DNA of 64,000 nucleotides from Candidatus Poribacteria bacterium (GTDB lineage Bacteria; Poribacteria; WGA-4E; WGA-3G): NCBI GenBank assembly GCA_965205015.1, contig OZ242029.1, positions 96,001 to 160,000 of the forward strand, read 5' to 3'. Shown piece by piece: positions 56,448 to 64,000 of this stretch (position 1 is its first letter; each line of letters starts with the position of its first letter). The notes under the pieces were generated by a model. It saw only the letters and a program-made list of their open reading frames with translations, ran no database searches and was not told where the DNA came from. The position numbers and the translations under genes were made by a program.

Positions 56448-59438
56448 ATGAAAATCAATGGATTCATATCTGCAATTATGTTGACCGGACTGCTACTGAT
56501 TGTCACACTCGGAGACATCACACACGCCCAAGACGAAGAAGTCTGGATGCCGGACCCGAATCTTCGGCAGACTGTCCGTGAAAAACTTGAATTCCCTGAC
56601 GGAATACCGATGCTTCCCGAAGATATGGCAGCATTAAGCCATCTGCTAATAATAGAACACAATATCAATATTGAGAGTTTAAGAGGACTTGAGTATGCCG
56701 TGAACCTTGAATTCGTACATATAGGTAGAGGTGAAGTGTCGGATTTGACACCACTGGCAGGGCTTGAGAACTTATCGGTCTTAAAGTTGTTTAGGAATCC
56801 TATTTCGGATATTTCACCTCTGGCAGGATTGATAGGGCTACGAGAACTTCATTTAGGGAATAGTTTGATCTCGGATTTGACGCCGCTGGCAAACTTACAG
56901 AACCTGAGAGTGCTAAGACTACAGGGCAACCAGATTTCAGATATTTTCCCCCTTGCGGGATTGACAGAACTACGAGAACTTATTTTACAGGGTAACGCCA
57001 TCTCGGATTTCACACCGCTTGTGAGTCTAACGAATTTGCAAACTCTTCATATCTATCCGAATCCGATTCCATTGGGGAACCAATTTATAGGTATAGACAC
57101 ATCACATCTTCAGGCAGCAGAAGAATATTTTATCTGTGAGAAACCAAGACCTTCCTATACAGCCCCTGTGGCAGAACGACTTAACAATCGCGACTATCCG
57201 TCTGTTTTTCTCACACATAAGAGAGCCAACTATGAAGAAGAACCGGATCCATTCAATCAGTTGGTTCACTACGATTTCTCTTTCATGTTCGAGCCGTTCT
57301 ATCCACTTGTTTATCCACATACCTCTAATTCTCCATTTGGGGGTATGATACGGACTGGGAGCCATGAAACTATAACACATCTCTCGCAAGTCCATAGGGA
57401 GGCGATCCGTGAGAACTCGAATATGATATTTATTGTTGAGATTGCATATTTCGATGGGCGTCGCTTCAATATTCCTGAAGACTCGCCTTATTGGTTCCGA
57501 AATCAGGACGGTTCGATAGCACATCGTGGTAACCAGTATCCTGAACCCCTTCTTAATTTTACACATCCCGATGTTATCGAAATGATAATTCAGCATGCAG
57601 TTGCGGTCGCAAAGTGTGGATTATACGATGGTATCTGGCTGGATCGTTGGCAGGAGTTGGAGGGCGATTTTCATGGTGAACTTAGGCATCTCGTACCGAA
57701 AGAAGATGAACTGAATGCGAGGCTCCAAATACTTCAAGGGATCCGGACAAATGTTCCAGAAGATTTTTTGATTATGGTCAATTCAAGGCAAGAACTTCCA
57801 CATTCTGCGCCGTATATTAATGGTGTTTTTATAGAAGCTCATGAGCCAAATCCAACCTACACACATAAAGCTTTGCATCATTTTGAGAAAGCAATAAAGT
57901 GGTATGAGTCGAACTTGAGAGAACCGACTTTTACACTTTTATGGGGTGAAGTTTATCATAAACCTCCAATAACCCAACAGACGGTGCGTCAGTTTACAAC
58001 GCTCAGCCTCACACATTCAGATGGGTATGTGAACGTGAGTTCAGGTGCGCCAGACATTAGCACCTACTGGTACGATTTCTGGGAGGCGCCACTCGGTAGA
58101 CCAATTGGTGGCGATGAAACTAAAGCGCAGTTGTATGAGGATCGCGAGGGGTTGTTTATTCGGGAATTTACCAACGGTTGGGCGGTGTATAATAGGTCTG
58201 GCACAGCACAAGAGATTGAGTTTTCGGAAGAAGTCTCCGGCTGGGACAGCGGGGTGGAACATCAACGCCTGCATACACTCCCCGATTTGGATGGTGAGAT
58301 TTATCTGAAAACCGTTGTGCAAGTCGCACCCGGAGAATACCCACCCCTCTATTGGATAGACGCAAAAACAGATACTCTCCAGAGACTTGTAGATACTGAA
58401 GTCAAAAACCTTATCTCAGAAGTCCAGAACGCAACCAGCCTCACCGTAGATGCCGCCGATGGAAAACTCTATTGGACAACGAAAACAAACGAAAACTGGG
58501 GGGAAATCTACCGCGCAAATCTCAACGGAACACCACGCAGCGAAGAACTTCGGGATTTATATGGGGTCCCCCTTGACATCACAGTGGACCCGCAGAGAAA
58601 GAAGCTTTATTGGATAGACACACTCAACAGAATTCAGCGTTCGGACCTGAATGCCCAAAATATCCAAAATATTCTCCGAGACCTTAACACACCTAAGCAC
58701 ATTACCTTAGATGTAGGACGTGGCAAACTTTATTGGACAGAAAAGACGAGCGATCAGACGAGCGAAATCCGAAGCGCCAATCTTGACGGTTCAAACGTCC
58801 AACGCGTCAAGGAGCTCACCAGTGTGCCTCGCGGTCTTACCATTGACGCTGTAAATGGTAAACTCTATTTGACGAACGCTGACGGGAAAGTCCAACGCCT
58901 CGATGTGGACGGTTCAAACTTCCAACCCGACCTTATCACAGACTTGGACGCGCCCGAGGAAGTGTCCGTAGACGTGGCAGATAGAAAAATCTACTGGACG
59001 GAGCGGACCAGCATCCGGCGGGCAGACTTCAATGGTGAAAATATTGAGGATGTCGTCACTGGTTTAGGGGAGCTCATAGGCATTGTCTTAGGGACTGTGC
59101 CAGCTGGCGCTCCAGCTGCGCCTGCAACTACTGGCATTCCATCCACCGCAACCGTGCTGCTTGCCAACTATCCGAACCCGTTCAACCCAGAGACGTGGAT
59201 ACCGTATCATTTGGCGAGCCCCAGTGATGTGCGGATTACCATCTATGACGCACGCGGCACCGTCATCCGACATTTGGATCTCGGACATCAACGTGAAGGC
59301 TACTACACGAGTCAGAGTCGCGCCGCCTATTGGGACGGCAGAAACGCTGTCGGCGAACGCGTTGCCAGTGGTGTTTATTTCTATCAACTACAGGCGGATA
59401 ATGTGTCGCTCCTGCGAAAGATGATCATCGTAAAATAG
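56448..59438 (+). CDS. Secreted LRR + GH-like + YWTD (LDL-receptor class B) beta-propeller protein with C-terminal FlgD-like domain
   Basis: Signal peptide ending THA; LRRs; CGLYDGIWLD; KLYWT repeats; NYPNPFNPETWIPY..YWDGRN..SGVYFY. Confidence 0.85.
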   Translation: MKINGFISAIMLTGLLLIVTLGDITHAQDEEVWMPDPNLRQTVREKLEFPDGIPMLPEDMAALSHLLIIEHNINIESLRGLEYAVNLEFVHIGRGEVSDLTPLAGLENLSVLKLFRNPISDISPLAGLIGLRELHLGNSLISDLTPLANLQNLRVLRLQGNQISDIFPLAGLTELRELILQGNAISDFTPLVSLTNLQTLHIYPNPIPLGNQFIGIDTSHLQAAEEYFICEKPRPSYTAPVAERLNNRDYPSVFLTHKRANYEEEPDPFNQLVHYDFSFMFEPFYPLVYPHTSNSPFGGMIRTGSHETITHLSQVHREAIRENSNMIFIVEIAYFDGRRFNIPEDSPYWFRNQDGSIAHRGNQYPEPLLNFTHPDVIEMIIQHAVAVAKCGLYDGIWLDRWQELEGDFHGELRHLVPKEDELNARLQILQGIRTNVPEDFLIMVNSRQELPHSAPYINGVFIEAHEPNPTYTHKALHHFEKAIKWYESNLREPTFTLLWGEVYHKPPITQQTVRQFTTLSLTHSDGYVNVSSGAPDISTYWYDFWEAPLGRPIGGDETKAQLYEDREGLFIREFTNGWAVYNRSGTAQEIEFSEEVSGWDSGVEHQRLHTLPDLDGEIYLKTVVQVAPGEYPPLYWIDAKTDTLQRLVDTEVKNLISEVQNATSLTVDAADGKLYWTTKTNENWGEIYRANLNGTPRSEELRDLYGVPLDITVDPQRKKLYWIDTLNRIQRSDLNAQNIQNILRDLNTPKHITLDVGRGKLYWTEKTSDQTSEIRSANLDGSNVQRVKELTSVPRGLTIDAVNGKLYLTNADGKVQRLDVDGSNFQPDLITDLDAPEEVSVDVADRKIYWTERTSIRRADFNGENIEDVVTGLGELIGIVLGTVPAGAPAAPATTGIPSTATVLLANYPNPFNPETWIPYHLASPSDVRITIYDARGTVIRHLDLGHQREGYYTSQSRAAYWDGRNAVGERVASGVYFYQLQADNVSLLRKMIIVK

Positions 59439-59708
59439 TATCAAATGACCCAAAATTCGAGAAATTCGAGAGAATCCGCGATTCAGATAATGAACACGAA
59501 GCATTCCGTATTTCTGATGAATGCTGAGGTTATCAAAGCCTCCGATAACTTATAACGCAAGTTTTCATCTTTGTAGCATAATCTGGTAGATGGTGCCCTG
59601 AGAACGTCTATGTTTTTTCGAGTTTCCCCTTTAACAAAGCGTCATATCGTCAAAATTGTGTAAGTCCTATAGATTTTGAATCGAACCCTTAATACAAGGA
59701 GAAAATAC

Positions 59709-62700
59709 ATGAAAAACTGGAAAATTCTTATCACATTCGTTTCTTTGTTGCCCCTCATTCTGGGCAATTTTTACAGTGCTACGGCGCAAGACAATCTCGC
59801 ACAGCAGGCGTATGCAATCTTTGAGCGAAATTGTCTCAACTGCCACGGTGAACACGGCGCATTTACTGAAGAAATCATTATTGATCACACCGCACTCATA
59901 GAAACCGGGGCAGTTGTTCCCGGGAAACCTATTGAATCTGAACTCTATAGGCGACTCCTCACAAACGATCCCGCCAAACGGATGCCGTTGGGTCAACCGA
60001 AACTTCCCGATGCTGCAATTCGGACGATTGGCAATTGGATTCAAGCAGGGGCACCGAGTTGGGAAAGCCAGTCTGAAACAGCCGGTCCCTTCATTACACC
60101 TAAAGAAATGCTTGAAACGATTGAGAAGCACCTCAACTCACTTTCGTCTTTTGCTCGTCCTTTCGGACGCTATTTTACATTGACACATCTCTATAACGCT
60201 GGTGAGACGACGGAGGCACTCCATGCCTATCAACGCGCACTCTCGAAACTCGTGAACAGTCTCTCATGGGGACGCACTATTAAAATCCCACAACCCATTG
60301 ATTCAGAAGAAACAATCTTCTATATTGATCTTCGAGACTACGAATGGGAGATCGGACCCAACCGATGGACGTTGATTGAGAAGGAATATCCTTATGAGAT
60401 TGAATTCAACGCGCCAACACAGACAGTACTTCGTGAAAAACTGACAAACCTGCGGGAAGCGATGGAGTGCGAAGTGCCGTTTGTTCACGTCGACTGGTTT
60501 CTTGCGACTGCATCTTTACCACCGCTCTACCACGATATTCTCGGTCTCCCAGAAACGGATCGGGAGTTGGAAGCACGGCTTGAGGTGAATGTGATCGAAA
60601 ATATTCGAAATGCTGCGGGTAAGCGCGTCTGGCGTGCGGGTTTCAACAACTCTGGCGTGTCGAATCACAACCGCGTTGTTGAGCGTCATGATTCGCGATA
60701 CGGGGCATATTGGAAAAGTTATGATTTTGCGGGCAGTAAAGGGACACAGAATGTCCTTACACATCCGTTGTCTTTCACGCATGACGGTGGCGAAATTATT
60801 TTCAACCTTCCCAACGGCTTGCAGGCATATCTGTTGGTGGACGCTGGCGGCAGACGACTTGATGAAGCACCGATAGACATCGTTTCCAATCCGGCTGCGA
60901 GCGATCCAACTGTCCGCAATGGACTTTCCTGTATCGGATGCCACACTGAGGGAATGAAAGATTTTGAAGATCAGGTGCGTGATGTTGTTCAGAAGACCCC
61001 GAACCCACCGTTTAACAAAGACCGGGCATTGCAACTCTATACGGACAAAGGGACGATGGATACGCTTGTGGCAGAGGATACTACTCGCTACAAGCAGGCA
61101 CTTGAAACAGCAGGCGGTGTATTTGGCGGTATTGAACCCGTTCAGCGGTTCCACGAGGCGTTTCAGAGACCCGTTGATGCGGCGTATACTGCTGCCGCCG
61201 TTGGGTTGAAAACCGAGCCGTTTCTGAAAAAGATTCGTGCGAACGCGAGTTTACAAAACTTAGGGTTATTGGTGTTAGAGAACGATACGATGAAACGGGA
61301 CACATGGACGAATCAGTTTAGTGAAGTCGTTTTTGCGCTGGACTTCCCAGCGAAAAGTGCTGTAACACCGGTTGATCCGCAGGCGGAACGCATCCCTGGT
61401 GCATCTGTTTACATTCCCGATCCGAACCTGTACGCAGCAATTGCTAAGGCACTTGGCAAAACACCTCGTGCTGTGATAACGACAGAAGATATGGAGACAT
61501 TGGTGTCTCTTAAGGCAGCTGATCGAGGCATTCATGATCTGACAGGACTGGAAACGGCAAAACATCTGGAAGAGTTGGAGCTTCAGAACAATCCGATATC
61601 CGACCTATCGTCGCTTGCCGGATTAACCAAACTCAAGGGCATAAATTTGAGAAATAGTTCAATTTCCGATTTATCTTCTCTCGCAGAACTGATAACCCTA
61701 AAGGAGGTACGATTTTCAAGCAAGGCGATAGTCGATCTGTCGCCCCTTGCAGGTTTAGTTAATTTAGAAGGTATAGGCGCCTGGAACACCTCTATATCAG
61801 ATGTTTCGCCACTGACAGGATTAACACAACTTCAATGGTTAGAGTTACAAGGATCCCCAATATCAGATTTCTCACCCCTAGCGAAACTCACAAATTTGAG
61901 AAAACTGAAAATGTATGCTGCCAAGACATCTGATCTCTCACCTTTAAAAGGATTAACGGGTTTGAAAACTCTGACAATTGGTGTCAGCAAGATATCAGAC
62001 GTTTCTTCACTTGCAGGACTGATTAATTTGGAGGTGCTCGCACTGTTCGGTAGTGGTCGTATATCAGACATCTCGCCACTTGCATCTTTAAAAAACCTTA
62101 AGGTGTTAGACCTACATACCAACAGCATATCGGACGTATCCCCCCTTGCAGGTTTGCGAAACTTAGAAGAGTTATACCTCCATCGGAACAACATATCAGA
62201 CATCTCACCTTTGGATGGGTTACGCGAGAATACACAACTCGTTTGGTTTGGCAACCCGGGTTTCTCTCAGGGCGGTCCGAAAATAGAGGGACCTTGGCTA
62301 TGGATGTTTGTTCAAGGCGCCTATTTGCCTAACAGTATAGATTATCTCTCACAGGCGAGCGACGGTGCTGTAACAGAATTGGAGGTTGCTACCCATGGTG
62401 CGACGGAGGGACATCGAGTCGGAGAACACGTATGGACATCGCACAAAATCTCCCCTGCCCCTACGGTCAGACCCGACGTTAACGCATTACTCAGTGATAT
62501 TGGTATATCAAAAGATCATAAAAGACGGGATGGCATTTATGGTGCCCTCGTCTTGAATTCACCGCGTGAACAACAGACAAGGATGTTTGCTGGAAGCAAT
62601 CACCGCCACAAGGTTTGGCTCAATGGGGAGTTCATTCACGAAAACTTGGGTCTGTGGGCTGCAGATTATCAAGATTACTTTCCTGTCACGCTGAAGCAGG

Positions 62701-63845
62701 GAATAAATGTGTTGTTAGTTGCGGTCGATTTCAATGGTGACGGATGGGGTGCCTATTTTGGATTTGACGCTGACACAGAGTATACAGTCGTATCCCCTGG
62801 CACCGGCTTCACGTTTTCAACCGATGCAACCAGTGTCCGTGTTGGCAATACGTTTACGCTCCGTATCAATGCAGAAAAGGTCACAGATTTATCTGGGTGG
62901 CAATTTGATTTGACTTTTGATCCAGATGTACTTGAAGCGGTTAAGGTGAACGAGGGTGATTTTCTAAAGAAAGGCGGTGGAACGACCTTCTTTCAGCGGG
63001 GCACGGTCAATAACGCCACGGGGAAAATATCAGGCATAAGTGCAGCATTGATTTCCGATAGCGGTGTCACCGGCACTGGAACACTGTTGTCAGTGATATT
63101 TAAGGCAAAGACAGATGGGAATAGTCAAATGGCACTTCATAACTTTCAACTGGGTTCCAGTACTGGCGAAACCATTCCTGCTGATGTGAACGATTTTACC
63201 ATCACTGTGATATCTAAACCAAAGTGGGATGTCAATGCCGACGGACAGGTAAGCGTTCTGGATCTGATTCTGGTGGCACGTCATTTTGGCGAAAAAGCAT
63301 CTGCCAACTCCAAAATTGACGTGAACAATGATGGGATTATCAGCATTTTAGATCTCATCGCTGTAGCACAGCACATGGGTGAATCAACAGCTTCAGCTTC
63401 GCCTTCTACTCTTGCTATGAATAGCATGGACGAATTGAATCCTGTGATGATACAGGCATGGATCGAACAGGCACACGTTGAAGACGACGGCTCCATTGCC
63501 TTCCGAGAGGGTATCGCTTTCCTGCAAGGTCTTTTAGCAATGTTGATTCCAGACGAAACAGCCCTGCTTCCGAACTATCCGAACCCGTTCAACCCAGAGA
63601 CGTGGATACCGTATCACTTGGCAAATCCGAGTGAAGTGACAATCACTATCTATGATATGCGGGGGACCATTGTCCGCCAACTCGATCTCGGTCATCAACC
63701 ACAAGGCTACTACACAAGTCAGAGTCGCGCCGCCTATTGGGACGGCAGAAACACTGTCGGCGAACGCGTTGCAAGTGGTATCTATTTCTACACCCTCACT
63801 GCTGGCGACTTCACAGCGACGCGGAAATTGCTCATACGGAAATAG
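59709..63845 (+). CDS. Secreted c-type cytochrome + LRR + cohesin + dockerin-like + FlgD-like multidomain protein
   Basis: ATG 59709 behind AAGGAG; signal ending ATA; CLNCH and CIGCH; about 11 LRRs; GWQFDLTFDPDVL..GTGTLLSVIF (cohesin); DVNADGQVSVLDL/DVNNDGIISILDL; NYPNPFNPETWIPY. Confidence 0.85.
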   Translation: MKNWKILITFVSLLPLILGNFYSATAQDNLAQQAYAIFERNCLNCHGEHGAFTEEIIIDHTALIETGAVVPGKPIESELYRRLLTNDPAKRMPLGQPKLPDAAIRTIGNWIQAGAPSWESQSETAGPFITPKEMLETIEKHLNSLSSFARPFGRYFTLTHLYNAGETTEALHAYQRALSKLVNSLSWGRTIKIPQPIDSEETIFYIDLRDYEWEIGPNRWTLIEKEYPYEIEFNAPTQTVLREKLTNLREAMECEVPFVHVDWFLATASLPPLYHDILGLPETDRELEARLEVNVIENIRNAAGKRVWRAGFNNSGVSNHNRVVERHDSRYGAYWKSYDFAGSKGTQNVLTHPLSFTHDGGEIIFNLPNGLQAYLLVDAGGRRLDEAPIDIVSNPAASDPTVRNGLSCIGCHTEGMKDFEDQVRDVVQKTPNPPFNKDRALQLYTDKGTMDTLVAEDTTRYKQALETAGGVFGGIEPVQRFHEAFQRPVDAAYTAAAVGLKTEPFLKKIRANASLQNLGLLVLENDTMKRDTWTNQFSEVVFALDFPAKSAVTPVDPQAERIPGASVYIPDPNLYAAIAKALGKTPRAVITTEDMETLVSLKAADRGIHDLTGLETAKHLEELELQNNPISDLSSLAGLTKLKGINLRNSSISDLSSLAELITLKEVRFSSKAIVDLSPLAGLVNLEGIGAWNTSISDVSPLTGLTQLQWLELQGSPISDFSPLAKLTNLRKLKMYAAKTSDLSPLKGLTGLKTLTIGVSKISDVSSLAGLINLEVLALFGSGRISDISPLASLKNLKVLDLHTNSISDVSPLAGLRNLEELYLHRNNISDISPLDGLRENTQLVWFGNPGFSQGGPKIEGPWLWMFVQGAYLPNSIDYLSQASDGAVTELEVATHGATEGHRVGEHVWTSHKISPAPTVRPDVNALLSDIGISKDHKRRDGIYGALVLNSPREQQTRMFAGSNHRHKVWLNGEFIHENLGLWAADYQDYFPVTLKQGINVLLVAVDFNGDGWGAYFGFDADTEYTVVSPGTGFTFSTDATSVRVGNTFTLRINAEKVTDLSGWQFDLTFDPDVLEAVKVNEGDFLKKGGGTTFFQRGTVNNATGKISGISAALISDSGVTGTGTLLSVIFKAKTDGNSQMALHNFQLGSSTGETIPADVNDFTITVISKPKWDVNADGQVSVLDLILVARHFGEKASANSKIDVNNDGIISILDLIAVAQHMGESTASASPSTLAMNSMDELNPVMIQAWIEQAHVEDDGSIAFREGIAFLQGLLAMLIPDETALLPNYPNPFNPETWIPYHLANPSEVTITIYDMRGTIVRQLDLGHQPQGYYTSQSRAAYWDGRNTVGERVASGIYFYTLTAGDFTATRKLLIRK

Positions 63846-64000
63846 TATCATATGACCATAGGATAGCTGGGATGCTGATGTTTATTAGCTTCCCAGTCAT
63901 CGCTGATGAGCAGGTTGAGTTGGATTCGTTGGCAGCTTAAGGTAAAAAATAAATCTTTTTATCGCACGAAACACATGGGATTCACCCAACGCTAAAGAAT

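Noticed and set aside
61560-62230. 66-bp periodic repeats (also 54700-55050 and 56700-57060)
   Set aside because: These are 22-aa LRR coding repeats; there is no spacer structure and no cas genes.
59166-63790. Diversity-generating retroelement TR/VR pair
   Set aside because: Both copies are coding, differences are not adenine-specific, and no reverse transcriptase is present in the window.
63737-63940. 67-aa ORF at the window end
   Set aside because: Mostly overlaps the preceding gene in another frame and has no recognisable motif.

Overview
Bacterial chromosomal window of roughly 50% GC (by eye) that is densely coding. The content strongly suggests Candidatus Poribacteria or a close relative (inference): ECF sigma factors with large C-terminal fusions, LRR/YWTD/cohesin proteins ending in a NYPNPFNPETWIPY FlgD-like domain, several PhyH dioxygenases and TIM-barrel sugar isomerases, and TIR-TPR proteins. 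Housekeeping and metabolic genes include dnaN, nadC, hisB, dtd, uxuA, a glycogen cluster (glgB, GT3-like synthase, glgP, glgC) and a LolA/LolE/LolD-like ABC operon. Accessory loci are a type II R-M pair with an Rpn-like nuclease, a PIN toxin pair, and several families of short intergenic repeats and MITEs. Two candidate undescribed systems stand out. (1) A coupled four-gene operon at 11006-15569 (minus strand) encodes a TIR-TPR-TaqI_C target-recognition fusion without a methylase or nuclease, an ABC ATPase with a HEPN-like tail, a TPR protein with an antitoxin-like tail, and a Doc toxin. (2) Two membrane-anchored ECF sigma factors at 51012-56318 carry interchangeable extracytoplasmic modules, one of them a paralogous copy of the N-terminal module of the adjacent secreted protein. 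All family calls come from motif recognition by eye; no database searches were run. No rRNA, tRNA or CRISPR array was recognised.
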